Part shown: positions 25,945 to 45,253 of the stretch, in pieces
How the letters are laid out: each line of letters begins with the position of its first letter
Numbering within the stretch: the first letter of the stretch is position 1
Assembly: GCA_964016885.1 (NCBI GenBank)
Contig: OZ024762.1
Location: forward strand, 27,404,001 to 27,468,000
DNA: 64,000 nucleotides
From: Eledone cirrhosa
Lineage: Eukaryota
Direction of reading: 5' to 3'
The notes under the pieces: generated by a model
The model's database searches: none
Seen by the model: only the letters and a program-made list of their open reading frames with translations
What the model was told of the DNA's origin: nothing
Translations under genes and position numbers: made by a program

Positions 25945-26892
25945 TTATGGAGGATAAGTATCTGAAAGTGTGTTAAGTTTATATGAGCTGGAAAGTAGGT
26001 CTGATTTCATGTGTGGGCAACTGGTAAAAATTTCCGTCTTTGTGTTCAGGCAGGTCTTTGGTGATTTAAGATTTTGCAATATCCAAAATTTTTCATTTAT
26101 GCAGAGCGTGCATTTTCTTGTTCCTCTAGCATATTTTTTAGATTGGTTCAAAATTGACCAATCTAGTTTATATTGGATGCCTTGGTCTTTCAAATCCCAA
26201 ATTCTGCTAGCCAGAGCTGTTGTAAATCTTTTTTCTGGATGTCGAAAGGATGCGACATGTGAGTAATAACGCGTTTTGAATCTGTCTTGCGTCATACCCA
26301 CATATCGTTCACTGGTGACTGGATGGTTGTTGCTGATGGTTGTCACATTAGCCGCATATACAATGGCTTTGGTGTTGCATTTACCTTGTAATGGGCATTC
26401 ACTTTTGATTCTACAGGAGCAAGTTTGATTTTCTCTAGGTGATGTTTTGTTGAGGATATAGGACTTAATAGGGGGACCGCAGGAATAGCTAATTTTAACA
26501 CAGTTTCTGTTAAAGATCTTATAGTATCTATGTGTTCTAGGGAAATGTTTATCTAGGAGTTCTAGGAATTTTTTGCCTACATTAGTTTTAACTGCTAGAG
26601 AGTAGGGGGGTGTGAACCAGATTATTTTTCTTTTCCTATTTTTATGTTTAATAGAGTTAGTGTAGTTAGGTATGTATTTAATCGGTTCGCTAAAGCCGCT
26701 ATTTTGAAGGGCTTTATTATAGTAGGGGGATGCCTTATTGAAAATAGCTTCTGATGAAGAGAGGGTGGAGATCCTACGGCTAATATTAGGGATAAGGTTT
26801 TTAAAAACTATAGGTGGATGGCAAGATCCTTTATTTATATATTTTAAGTTTTCATTAGGTTTATGGTATGGTTTATAAGAAGCAGTAGGCAA
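25945..26892 (-). CDS. PLE C-terminal ORF fragment with GIY-YIG endonuclease
   Basis: 315-aa open frame with GIY-YIG and Cys motifs; no true start codon. Confidence 0.75.
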   Translation of the reverse strand: MPTASYKPYHKPNENLKYINKGSCHPPIVFKNLIPNISRRISTLSSSEAIFNKASPYYNKALQNSGFSEPIKYIPNYTNSIKHKNRKRKIIWFTPPYSLAVKTNVGKKFLELLDKHFPRTHRYYKIFNRNCVKISYSCGPPIKSYILNKTSPRENQTCSCRIKSECPLQGKCNTKAIVYAANVTTISNNHPVTSERYVGMTQDRFKTRYYSHVASFRHPEKRFTTALASRIWDLKDQGIQYKLDWSILNQSKKYARGTRKCTLCINEKFWILQNLKSPKTCLNTKTEIFTSCPHMKSDLLSSSYKLNTLSDTYPP

Positions 26893-27032
26893 ATCTAAGT
26901 TTATATCTAGGAAATCTACGTTGGAAAGGTTAGTGTCAATAGTAATTTTAAGATTAAAACTAGCAAAGGTTTTTAAAGTCTTTCCTTAATCTATCTAAGT
27001 TAACTTTTCTGTTTCCAACTGAAATTTCAATA

Positions 27033-27069
<37 letters not shown>

Positions 27070-27107
27070 GATATATTATTTACTCCAAATATATATATAT
27101 ATATATA

Positions 27108-27300
27108 GGAACGAGTAGGACCCCGACGGCTGAGCTCAAGCCGTTTCGACGGCTAATTCTGGACTCAGAATTAGCCGTCGAAACGGCTTGAGCTCAGCCG
27201 TCGGGGTCCTACTCGTTCCTATTACCCACTCTACTACCCTAAGTATTGAGTACTTTGGTGCGTTATGGTCCACTTGGTTCCTTACCACATTTCCTTCGTT
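27108..27300 (+). mobile_element. Fold-back HHR-half element with 3' tail, in (TA)n
   Basis: Near-perfect ~114-bp palindrome centred on ggactc (~27108-27221), then a tail with GTATTGAGTAC. Confidence 0.75.
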
Positions 27301-27483
27301 ATATATATATATATAATATATATATATAATGTTATACTTTGGGAGGGTCATGTTGCCAATATATATAATAATATATATATAATATATATATAATATATAA
27401 TAATATTTACTCCAATAATATATATATATATATAATATATATATATAATAATATATATATAATATATATAGTAATATATATAT

Positions 27484-27577
<94 letters not shown>

Positions 27578-27692
27578 CTCTGATCTTACCCATGATGAAA
27601 TTGAAATAATAATAGCGGCTAGAAGGACTATCATAAAATTTGAAAATAACTACTGGGTAAGAAAGGATAGAATAAATAGCTTCGATATAACA

Positions 27693-29123
27693 ATGAGATC
27701 AAATGATTCTGCGCAAATCACAGATATCGTGGGGCTATTCATAGCACACAACCTACATAAGGAATTCAGTAACCTCCAAGGAGGAATCTATAGGGACGAC
27801 ACGTTACTTATAGCTAGGAACCTAAACAACCAGAGCATGGAAAGACTAAGGAAAAATATTAGAATATTCTTCAAAACACTAGGCCTAAGTATTACCTACG
27901 AACTAAACCATAAGAAGGTAAATTTTCTAGATGTAACTCTAAATCTAAATACTGGATTAATAGAACCTTTCCACAAAAATAATGAAAATCTTGCCTACAT
28001 TAGTTACAACTCAAATCACCCCAAATCCATAATTAAATCCATAGCACGTAGTATATCCCTCCGAATATCCCGCTTATCCTCAAACCTAGAAATCTTTAAC
28101 GAGCATGCTGACTATTATAATGCAGCATTAAGTAGGGCCGGTCATAAAGATAAACTACAGTATATAGTGAATAAGGACAACATAAACAATCCTAGTAATT
28201 ACTACTCCAACCGCTCACATAATAATTGGAATAGCTTGACTAGACATAGGGTTAGACATGTAACACCTGGAGTAAACGGCCAAAACACTAATAACGTAAA
28301 CCCAAGAAACAATAGAAGAAACAGACAAAGAAAATACCTTTGGTTCAACCCAATATTCAACTCCTCTATAAAAACTAGACTACCCTCTACATTCTTTAAA
28401 CTAATAGATAAACACTTCCCTATCTCGCATAGATATCACAAAATACTCAATAGATCTACTATAAAACTCTCATTCTCAACAGCAGCTAACATAGAATCAC
28501 ACATACGCAAGATCAACCACAGAAATATCTCTAGTAAATCAATTTCACCTATACATAAGCACAAACTCATCACAACATCACAACCACAAGCGCATACAAA
28601 CGCGCAGCAGCAAAACCCCATTGGGCATATATCACAACCCACTTATAACAGTGTACTAAACAGGAATGTAAAAGCTGCACAAAATAGCGCCGCAAACTGT
28701 AACTGTCACCTCCCAGATAGGTGCCCATTGGCGAACAGATGTCTCGATTCGAGCCTGGTGTACATGTGCACTGTCATCTCGGGTAACTCCACCTGGAATT
28801 ACATAGGATCCACCGCGGGTTCTTTTAAGAAAAGATGGTATGTGCACAGGCACTCAATGAAAAACCGTGCACTTATGGGTTCCACGACCCTCGGCAAAAA
28901 AATATGGGAATTGAAGGACAGCAACACTAACTGCAGTATCAACTGGTCGAAGTTGTCGGCTGCTAAAACCTATAGTACAGGGATGTCCCATTGCGGGCTA
29001 TGTGATCTTGAGCTATTGTATATCCTTAGAAATGTTAAAAGGCTACTTAACAATAAGTTAGAAAGATCTATCTTCTGCAGACATAGAATAGCCACTAAAT
29101 TCATAAGATTCAAACCTCCGTGA
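27693..29123 (+). CDS. PLE RT/GIY-YIG polyprotein, C-terminal 476 aa
   Basis: Uninterrupted frame with RT YRDD and GIY-YIG motifs; N-terminally truncated. Confidence 0.82.
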   Translation: MRSNDSAQITDIVGLFIAHNLHKEFSNLQGGIYRDDTLLIARNLNNQSMERLRKNIRIFFKTLGLSITYELNHKKVNFLDVTLNLNTGLIEPFHKNNENLAYISYNSNHPKSIIKSIARSISLRISRLSSNLEIFNEHADYYNAALSRAGHKDKLQYIVNKDNINNPSNYYSNRSHNNWNSLTRHRVRHVTPGVNGQNTNNVNPRNNRRNRQRKYLWFNPIFNSSIKTRLPSTFFKLIDKHFPISHRYHKILNRSTIKLSFSTAANIESHIRKINHRNISSKSISPIHKHKLITTSQPQAHTNAQQQNPIGHISQPTYNSVLNRNVKAAQNSAANCNCHLPDRCPLANRCLDSSLVYMCTVISGNSTWNYIGSTAGSFKKRWYVHRHSMKNRALMGSTTLGKKIWELKDSNTNCSINWSKLSAAKTYSTGMSHCGLCDLELLYILRNVKRLLNNKLERSIFCRHRIATKFIRFKPP

Positions 29124-29893
29124 ATCGAACCAACATAACATAGCTTTAAATTAGGATACCTACTACCCACAGAAATATATTCATTAAGTATACTATATCC
29201 TTCACAAGTCTATACCACACAATTGTCTGTAAGTACCTCATCTACCAACAATCTTACTCCTTCTCAGCTGCTGCCATCATTTGATCCTAAATCCTAGTTT
29301 TTCTCATTTCACTACTACAATGTTACTTTACCTTCTTTCTGCCTTAATTACAATTAGCACGCTTATCTCTTTGCATGTATGTATATTTTTGTACGAGTGT
29401 ATATTGAAGTGTATGTATGTGTCTATGTACACATGCATGTGTATATATGTGTATATATATATATATGTATATATATGTGTGTGTGTGTGTGTGTATGTGT
29501 GTGTGTGCGTAAATATATGCGTATATTAATTCGTTAACCTCTGTATTAACTCAACAACTATTTAGCTTTGACAGTGGTCCCACTCATGTATACTGTTGAA
29601 GATGAAGAGAAAGACTGTAAAAACTAGCTTATCTTTATAATTTAAAATTGATATACACTACGATACTTTGTACATGCCAACGCTTCATTTTGCCTTATGA
29701 CAGCTAGTTTTACACGCCGTAACATTAGATACATTATATACCCCCCACCTAAGTAATGTCAGGGTCTCCTTAAATAATTTATTGATAGCATTGTTGTAAT
29801 TGTTGTTATTGTTCTAATTGAATGCCATTACTACTTCATATAGTAGCCTGTATTTTCTTTTCTTTTCTTGCCTGTGTATTTTCTTCATTCTCG

Positions 29894-30006
29894 CATGCTC
29901 CGAAGATCTGACTGGTTATAATTCTGTATTGGCGATCGAGTAACGCAAAATTAAGCGAATAGCGATCTCTAGACATACCAGTTCAGTGAAACAAATGTAA
30001 GCTATG
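29894..30006 (+). ncRNA. Probable variant or degenerate type I HHR with long stem II
   Basis: catgct-CCGAAGA (U4>C)-t-ctgactggt..accagttcag-t-GAAAC-aaat-GT-A-agctatg; the inverted copy near 37766-37878 reads CCAAAGA. Confidence 0.5.
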
Positions 30007-30227
30007 TGATTAAAAACTTTTTTGTATAGCAAACCATGTAAACCTTCTTTCCTGATTTATTATTACTCCAAGTGTTTACAACATAGGAATTACGGCATAC
30101 CCGCAGCATCACTATGAAAACGCCTTGTTGAGTCAAACCAAGCCAAGCGTTAATATCATCCACTACCTGGAATACCATAACTGGACTTCACCTAAGTGGA
30201 CTGCATTTAACTATTATTTGTTAATCC

Positions 30228-30312
<85 letters not shown>

Positions 30313-30383
30313 TATGTATATTTATTTATATATATAAATATATATATATAGGTATATATATATATATATAAATATATATATAT

Positions 30384-30445
<62 letters not shown>

Positions 30446-30479
30446 CGTAAACCTTATATTTATATATATATATATATAT

Positions 30480-30541
<62 letters not shown>

Positions 30542-30575
30542 CGTAAACCTTATATTTATATATATATATATATAT

Positions 30576-34194
<3,619 letters not shown>

Positions 34195-34222
34195 ATATAT
34201 ATATATAAATATAAGGTTTACG

Positions 34223-34375
<153 letters not shown>

Positions 34376-34386
34376 TACATATATAT

Positions 34387-35236
34387 ATAAAATATTAAAC
34401 AAATAATGAATAAACAATTCCTTATATTAAACAAAAAAAGTTCATTATTTAACGATCGTTTCTAGGATATATATGTGTTAGAGTTGGCATGCATATTCAA
34501 CAGATCTATGTACAAAATTATACAAAATTATACAAACTATCAAGATTAAATATACATACCAACACATATATACGCCGTCTTCAGAAATAATGAAATATAT
34601 TTATTGATAATAACAACAATTCAAACTTTCAGGTCCGTTTGGGAACAAAATTGACCAATGAAAATACAAAAGGTTTAATGCCGTTCGGTGTGTGTATATA
34701 CATGTAATAACCCTTACACATATTTTACAAAAATGTATGCACAACCTGTATACTCATACAAAAAGGATGGATGCAAATACAAAATTTCAAGGTTAATGTC
34801 TCTGTAAGTTTATAATGCACAGATAAGATGCGTATAGATACATAAATATGAAATAAATGTATATACAAATTTTCATACTAACACATATCCGTACAATCAC
34901 ACATACACGCGCGTATATGCATAAACATACACATAAACTACAAACATACAAACACACACGCACCACCACTCACATATATATATGTGGATATAAAATCCTA
35001 AGCACATGGATATTAATTCACTCACATAAACACTGGCACACACATTTAGATAAAGATACAGAAATTAGGTGGGAGGGGGGGGGAAGAGGTCAGTATTCAA
35101 CGGTTTGGGCTGCCTGCTTAATATAGATGTATCTATAAACTAAGAAAATAAAAAATAATAATAAATAATAAATAAACATTAAAAAGGAAAGAAAGGAAAA
35201 AGAAAAAAGAAAAAAGAAAAAGAAATATATCAAGAA

Positions 35237-35269
<33 letters not shown>

Positions 35270-35484
35270 CCACATATATATATTTTTTATATATATATAC
35301 ATACATATATACATACATACACATACATACACACACACACACACATATACATATACACATACACATATACAAACACATACATACATATACACACATCCAC
35401 ACTTAGAACATAACATACACACACATATATAAACATATACATATACACACATAGATATAAATACACACATACATATAAATACAC

Positions 35485-35561
<77 letters not shown>

Positions 35562-35882
35562 CATACACTCATACATACGCATATAATCACACATACTATA
35601 TAGACACACATATATATACACACATACATACACATATACCTACATTTACATACATATATACATACAGATATACACATACATACCTATATATACACACAAA
35701 TACATACAGACATATATACATACATACAGACAAATACTTACGCATCTATATATCGGTATATACATACAAACACCACTACACTCTCACACAACTCAGACAT
35801 ACAAAGAAAAAGGTATATACCCATACACATATACATATACAAATAGAGAAACATATACATATATATATATATATATACACAC

Positions 35883-35925
<43 letters not shown>

Positions 35926-36137
35926 CATATACATATACACATACACACATACACATACAAACACATACATACATGTACACACACATAGATATATATACAC
36001 ACACATACACACATACACATACATATATAGTCATACACACACATACACCTACACGAACATACACATACACATATACAAAGATATATATACACACACACAC
36101 ATACACACACACACATATATATAAAAAAAATAAATAA

Positions 36138-36204
<67 letters not shown>

Positions 36205-36809
36205 CACATACATACACACATACATAGACATATATGTACATACATACATATACATAGATACATACACATACATACATACATATATATATATACTCATAGA
36301 CATATACATACATACACACACAACATACATACACACATATATACTCATACATAGAATTAGATATATAAACATACATACATACGCACTTACATATACTCAT
36401 ATATACCAATACAAACGCATCCATATATGCGTATATACATAGAAACACCACTACACCCTCACCCAACTCAGATATACAAAGAAAAAGGCATATACATATA
36501 CATATATACACGCATTAATAGAGATATATATACACATATATATATATATATATATGTGTGTGTGTACACACATACACTTATATACATATACCCACACACA
36601 CATACAACCATAAATACACATACAAACACCCACATATATAAAAATATATACACATATATATATATATATACACACACATAAAAAACAGACATGCACACAT
36701 ATATATTTTTTTACACATATATATACACACATACATATACATATACACACCCTCACATATACACATACACATAAGTTATATTATAATAATAAATAATATA
36801 TATATATAT

Positions 36810-36854
<45 letters not shown>

Positions 36855-37440
36855 CATATATATATATATACACCCACACATATGAATATAGACATATAAA
36901 CACACATAGATATATATACATACATATATACACATACATATACACACACACACATATACACATTCACATATACATGTGTGTGCATACACACATATATATA
37001 CATACACACATATACACATAAACACATACATGTGTATACATGCACACACACACATATATCCACTTAGATACGAAGATATACATATAAATAGAGAGACATA
37101 CATATATATACACACACACACACATATGTTGGTATGTATATTTAATCTTGATAGTTTGTATAATTTTGTATAATTTTGTACATAGATCTGTTGAATATGC
37201 ATGCCAACTCTAACACATATATATCCTAGAAACGATCGTTAAATAATGAACTTTTTTTGTTTAATATAAGGAATTGTTTATTCATTATTTGTTTAATATT
37301 TTATCTTGACTCTGTATACCGTTTATCTTTCACCGAAAGTGATTCTTCATTACATTTCTTCTTTCCATGATATCCGGAATACATTGAGTTCTTCATACGG
37401 ATTGGACACTACCGTAAACTCTTGGTAGATTTATCTACAT
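34387..37440. mobile_element. PLE-type terminal element with 180-bp inverted arms (34387-34570 and 37120-37303), a simple-repeat interior and a 3' tail
   Basis: Arms are reverse complements; HHR at 34444-34591 (-); tail 37304-37438 contains ATTGAGTTC. Confidence 0.72.
34444..34591 (-). ncRNA. Type I hammerhead ribozyme with a very long stem II
   Basis: Reverse complement: attattt-CTGAAGA-[~115 nt hairpin tatatatgtgttggtatgtatatt..aatatgcatgccaac..acatatata]-GAAA-cgatcg-T-T-aaataat; perfect 7-bp stem I; palindromic stem III ACGATCGT. Confidence 0.68.
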
Positions 37441-37441
37441 A

Positions 37442-39164
<1,723 letters not shown>

Positions 39165-41500
39165 ATGAATTCAACAACAACACAAATATATACGGCAACA
39201 CTACAGTCGACTCTGATGAATTATCGATATTACAGCTACCACCTAAATATGCCACATATAATAAGGTAAATATGATAAAATGCTTGTCAGAAATAGAAAA
39301 ATCATTTACAAAATTACGTTGGAGCCTCAAAGACAAAAACAAAAGCAAAAGTAACAACATACGCACACGCACACATACACACATACAACACACATCCCAA
39401 CAACAACAACAGACACACAGACACAAACAACAACAACACACACAACAATAATGACATACACGGAGACAACAACAACAACACACATCAACAACAGCACACA
39501 TCAACAACAACAACAACACACACACACACATTCTATGCCTCTCACCACCACCACAATATTAACAAACACTCAGACACAGAAAACAGATAATGACAGTAAC
39601 ACAGAAATAAGGGAAAGTAATAGGATTGAAAGGAGAAGGGAGACTATCAATACTGACAGAGAAAATAACCAGGACGAACACACAGACACACAAAATAGAG
39701 TAGATAATAACAATGAGCCAGAGGAAAGAGACAGGAGTAATAATGAGAGAAATAGAAAGAACCATGAGGCTGTTGGTGGAAATAGAAATAGAAACAACAA
39801 AATTAACAATAACAATAGCAATAGTACACATAAAGCAGCAGACTGGAACTCTACTTTTTATAATCTTTCCGATAAGGCTTTCGACCTGCGACGAGTCCAC
39901 GCCACGATTTTAGCTTTTAACAAACGCACGCAATTGCCGTCGCAGGTTGATGAACAAACAGAAGCACAATTTAGTATAGCTAGATCTAAACTTAGAAACA
40001 TTATAGAACAGTATAGTAAGAAGCAAAATAGAATCGAGGCCCAGCAACTGGGAGAAAAATCTGCAAATGACTTGCGTAAGCTCATGCAGCGCTCGCGTAA
40101 TGGAGAGATTGCATGCTTTCCAGCAGACAAGTCTGGCAGAATGTCGGTTGACAGTCTGTCAAACAACATCCAGGAAATGCAACCTCACATCACTCACACA
40201 AGAGAAGTAACACCACAAGAGCATGAGGATAAGGAGAAACCCTCAATGCCCATATGATGATGTGGACAAACATAATGCAGCCCAACAAAAGGACTGCCAA
40301 CAACTTCCAGGCCTGGAACAATGATGTGCCAGCGTTGTATAGGCTTCGAAAAGACCATAAAACGAGCAGTGACCCTGTCACAGGACCACCAACACGGCCA
40401 GTCTGTGGAGCTAACATTACTAGTAACTACAGACTTTCCTACTTCCTCTCCCTGATCATACGCCCCATCATTGAAATGTCCCCAGATATATGTGACAGCA
40501 CAGAGGACCTCCTCAGCAGAATCAGCGAAGGTAACCGATCTAGGGACCTAACAAACTGCATAATAGGCAGTATGGATGTTGTGTCCCTATATCCATCTAT
40601 TGACGTGGATTTTGCTGTGGAGAAATGCGTAGAAATGATCAGTGAGAGCAATGTTGAATTCCGTGGGAATGATACCAGTGAGCTGGGACTCCTACTTAAA
40701 CTTACTTATAGTAATAATTATCTAGATACATATGACCTTACCAACATGTGCCCTACAAGACCAGCAAGATGCAGACCACCTACCATTACCTCAATGGCCA
40801 AGAAAACCCACACAGATAGATGGAACGGGTGGACCAGAGCCATACGGACCCCCGAAAACCACGATGAACTAAATAAAATGATTGCACATGCGGTGGGGGC
40901 CAGCATAAAATTAACCCTTAAGGAACATGTTCAAATTTAATGGAAAAACATATGCCCAAGAGGAGGGAGCAGCCATTAGTGTTAGCATTGCAGATGACAT
41001 AGCTAACCTACTCATGGTATGGTGGGACAATAGACTTAAACTTAAACTTAAACTTAAAGAACAATTAGAAGACAGCAACCTCTTAACCCTGATAATGTAC
41101 TCCTGCTACGTTGATGATATAAACATCGTAGTAAAAACACCCCACTAGAGAACAGTCAGGAATTAGAGAAAAACACAATGGAAAGCATGCAGCAAATAGC
41201 TAACTCCATCCACCAGAGTATTAGAGTTACTATAGACTACCCAAGCAAACACCCCAACCATCGATTACCTGTACTAGACACAGAGCTCTGGTTAGATACT
41301 ATCAATAACAAAAAACAGATCCTCCATTCCCATTATGCCAAACCCATGACTTCCAAATATCTGATCCACCGAAACTCAGCTGTTTCGGACCATACCAAAA
41401 TCAACATACTGATTGCGGATTTGGTACGGGTGATGAAAAACGTGTCCCGCATGTGCAACCCCGAAGAACTAGAGAGACACATACATCACTTCATTTTGTG
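39165..41500 (+). pseudogene. Penelope-like RT fragment from a different subfamily, frameshifted, endonuclease absent
   Basis: LSILQLPPKY, ADKSGR, PPTRPVCGA, SMDVVSLYPSID, QEEGAAI, CYVDD, LPVLD, HYAKPM. Confidence 0.85.
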
Positions 41501-41802
41501 AAATAGTCTTTTCAAGACTATACAGAGCATTTGAAGCTGTCCCAAATTGAAGGTTGAGTACTTTAGACTTTGTTTTATCATGAGTTAATGCTCTATTGAT
41601 TTTTCCCTGGATATCTCTAAATTCTGTTGGATAAATCTATATCCTGATTCCTTTTGAATTGAGTCTGAATTATTTTTCCCATATCTTATGTTAACTATTT
41701 TCCTATTTTGACGATATAGTCGCATATATGTTATGGAATACTGTTAGCTTCTCGCGACAACAATTTCTATACTTTTCATTTATATATATATATGTATGTA
41801 TG

Positions 41803-41894
<92 letters not shown>

Positions 41895-41984
41895 CTTGTT
41901 GCATCCCAACAATTTAAATAGAACTTCTACATATATATACATATATATATATATATGTATATATATATAATGTATATATATATA

Positions 41985-42027
<43 letters not shown>

Positions 42028-42062
42028 GTATATATATATAATGTATATATATATATATATAT

Positions 42063-42263
42063 ATATTTTTATTTTTTTTTATTTTATAGAAGGAGCTTCT
42101 ACAGGACTAGTACTGTTTCATTCAGATGAAATCTTCAGGAAGATTTCATCTGAATGAAACAGTACTAGTCCTGTAGAAGCTCCTTCTATAAAATAAAAAC
42201 ATTTTACTCTGCCATGTATTGAGTACCTTACTGTGGTTATCCCCGACTCAACCCGGGACCTAC

Positions 42264-42265
<2 letters not shown>
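42063..42265. mobile_element. Fold-back HHR element with tail (left flank of the array); HHR at 42096-42142 (-)
   Basis: ~120-bp palindrome 42077-42198; minus strand cttc-CTGAAGA-tttcatctgaat-GAAACAG-tactagtc-CTGTA-gaag; tail with GTATTGAGTAC. Confidence 0.8.
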
Positions 42266-42349
<84 letters not shown>

Positions 42350-42352
<3 letters not shown>

Positions 42353-45253
42353 TATAGACATAGAATATTCGAAAATATTCTGTATGTTTATAATAAACAT
42401 TTTGAAGACCTAATCGCTATAGAATAGAATACGTCACGTATTACAATTAGATTCTCGACAAAAGCAAGGGAAGTAATCTACGCGTTTCATTCTTGTTAGA
42501 AATCATCAGGACTACATATCCAGTGCTTTTATCGAGAATGACACAGCTAGAGACTTATAGAATACTTAGCTGTGTACAGGAACTGGTTTGAAAGAGCGGT
42601 TGCCGGTCCGGCAGAAATTAGAAATTGGAATAAATGCTCTGAAATAGCGATATATATGTGAATATAGACATAGAATATTCGAAAATATTCTGTATGTTTA
42701 TAATAAACATTTTGAAGACCTAATCGCTATAGAATAGAATACGTCACGTATTACAATTAGATTCTCGACAAAAGCAAGGGAAGTAATCTACGCGTTTCAT
42801 TCTTGTTAGAAATCATCAGGACTACATATCCAGTGCTTTTATCGAGAATGACACAGCTAGAGACTTATAGAATACTTAGCTGTGTACAGGAACTGGTTTG
42901 AAAGAGCGGTTGCCGGTCCGGCAGAAATTAGAAATTGGAATAAATGCTCTGAAATAGCGATATATATGTGAATATAGACATAGAATATTCGAAAATATTC
43001 TGTATGTTTATAATAAACATTTTGAAGACCTAATCGCTATAGAATAGAATACGTCACGTATTACAATTAGATTCTCGACAAAAGCAAGGGAAGTAATCTA
43101 CGCGTTTCATTCTTGTTAGAAATCATCAGGACTACATATCCAGTGCTTTTATCGAGAATGACACAGCTAGAGACTTATAGAATACTTAGCTGTGTACAGG
43201 AACTGGTTTGAAAGAGCGGTTGCCGGTCCGGCAGAAATTAGAAATTGGAATAAATGCTCTGAAATAGCGATATATATGTGAATATAGACATAGAATATTC
43301 GAAAATATTCTGTATGTTTATAATAAACATTTTGAAGACCTAATCGCTATAGAATAGAATACGTCACGTATTACAATTAGATTCTCGACAAAAGCAAGGG
43401 AAGTAATCTACGCGTTTCATTCTTGTTAGAAATCATCAGGACTACATATCCAGTGCTTTTATCGAGAATGACACAGCTAGAGACTTATAGAATACTTAGC
43501 TGTGTACAGGAACTGGTTTGAAAGAGCGGTTGCCGGTCCGGCAGAAATTAGAAATTGGAATAAATGCTCTGAAATAGCGATATATATGTGAATATAGACA
43601 TAGAATATTCGAAAATATTCTGTATGTTTATAATAAACATTTTGAAGACCTAATCGCTATAGAATAGAATACGTCACGTATTACAATTAGATTCTCGACA
43701 AAAGCAAGGGAAGTAATCTACGCGTTTCATTCTTGTTAGAAATCATCAGGACTACATATCCAGTGCTTTTATCGAGAATGACACAGCTAGAGACTTATAG
43801 AATACTTAGCTGTGTACAGGAACTGGTTTGAAAGAGCGGTTGCCGGTCCGGCAGAAATTAGAAATTGGAATAAATGCTCTGAAATAGCGATATATATGTG
43901 AATATAGACATAGAATATTCGAAAATATTCTGTATGTTTATAATAAACATTTTGAAGACCTAATCGCTATAGAATAGAATACGTCACGTATTACAATTAG
44001 ATTCTCGACAAAAGCAAGGGAAGTAATCTACGCGTTTCATTCTTGTTAGAAATCATCAGGACTACATATCCAGTGCTTTTATCGAGAATGACACAGCTAG
44101 AGACTTATAGAATACTTAGCTGTGTACAGGAACTGGTTTGAAAGAGCGGTTGCCGGTCCGGCAGAAATTAGAAATTGGAATAAATGCTCTGAAATAGCGA
44201 TATATATGTGAATATAGACATAGAATATTCGAAAATATTCTGTATGTTTATAATAAACATTTTGAAGACCTAATCGCTATAGAATAGAATACGTCACGTA
44301 TTACAATTAGATTCTCGACAAAAGCAAGGGAAGTAATCTACGCGTTTCATTCTTGTTAGAAATCATCAGGACTACATATCCAGTGCTTTTATCGAGAATG
44401 ACACAGCTAGAGACTTATAGAATACTTAGCTGTGTACAGGAACTGGTTTGAAAGAGCGGTTGCCGGTCCGGCAGAAATTAGAAATTGGAATAAATGCTCT
44501 GAAATAGCGATATATATGTGAATATAGACATAGAATATTCGAAAATATTCTGTATGTTTATAATAAACATTTTGAAGACCTAATCGCTATAGAATAGAAT
44601 ACGTCACGTATTACAATTAGATTCTCGACAAAAGCAAGGGAAGTAATCTACGCGTTTCATTCTTGTTAGAAATCATCAGGACTACATATCCAGTGCTTTT
44701 ATCGAGAATGACACAGCTAGAGACTTATAGAATACTTAGCTGTGTACAGGAACTGGTTTGAAAGAGCGGTTGCCGGTCCGGCAGAAATTAGAAATTGGAA
44801 TAAATGCTCTGAAATAGCGATATATATGTGAATATAGACATAGAATATTCGAAAATATTCTGTATGTTTATAATAAACATTTTGAAGACCTAATCGCTAT
44901 AGAATAGAATACGTCACGTATTACAATTAGATTCTCGACAAAAGCAAGGGAAGTAATCTACGCGTTTCATTCTTGTTAGAAATCATCAGGACTACATATC
45001 CAGTGCTTTTATCGAGAATGACACAGCTAGAGACTTATAGAATACTTAGCTGTGTACAGGAACTGGTTTGAAAGAGCGGTTGCCGGTCCGGCAGAAATTA
45101 GAAATTGGAATAAATGCTCTGAAATAGCGATATATATGTGAATATAGACATAGAATATTCGAAAATATTCTGTATGTTTATAATAAACATTTTGAAGACC
45201 TAATCGCTATAGAATAGAATACGTCACGTATTACAATTAGATTCTCGACAAAA
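42350..45253 (-). repeat. 310-bp HHR tandem array, left arm (9 full units plus 113 bp), ribozyme on the minus strand
   Basis: Exact 310-bp period (42351, 42661 ... 45141); first HHR at 42473-42515. Confidence 0.95.

Larger units (their letters stand above)
24635..27032 (-). mobile_element. 5'-truncated Penelope-like element: RT thumb/linker, GIY-YIG and long 3' UTR with HHR
   Basis: ORF 25945-26892 has IIWFTPPYS, CSC...CPL..C, IVYAA..YVGMT, FKTRY..H and CTLC..E; upstream DFLDINL. Confidence 0.88.
27575..30228 (+). mobile_element. 5'-truncated Penelope-like element (RT core to GIY-YIG, ~1.1-kb 3' UTR), bounded by (TA)n
   Basis: ORF 27693-29123 has GIYRDD, VNFLDV, WFNPIF, CNC..CPL..C, LVYMC..YIGST and CGLC..E. 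Confidence 0.9.

Noticed and set aside
41553-41562. TTGAGTAC match (also near 21042)
   Set aside because: Not in a terminal tail position; appears to lie in decayed coding sequence, so probably chance
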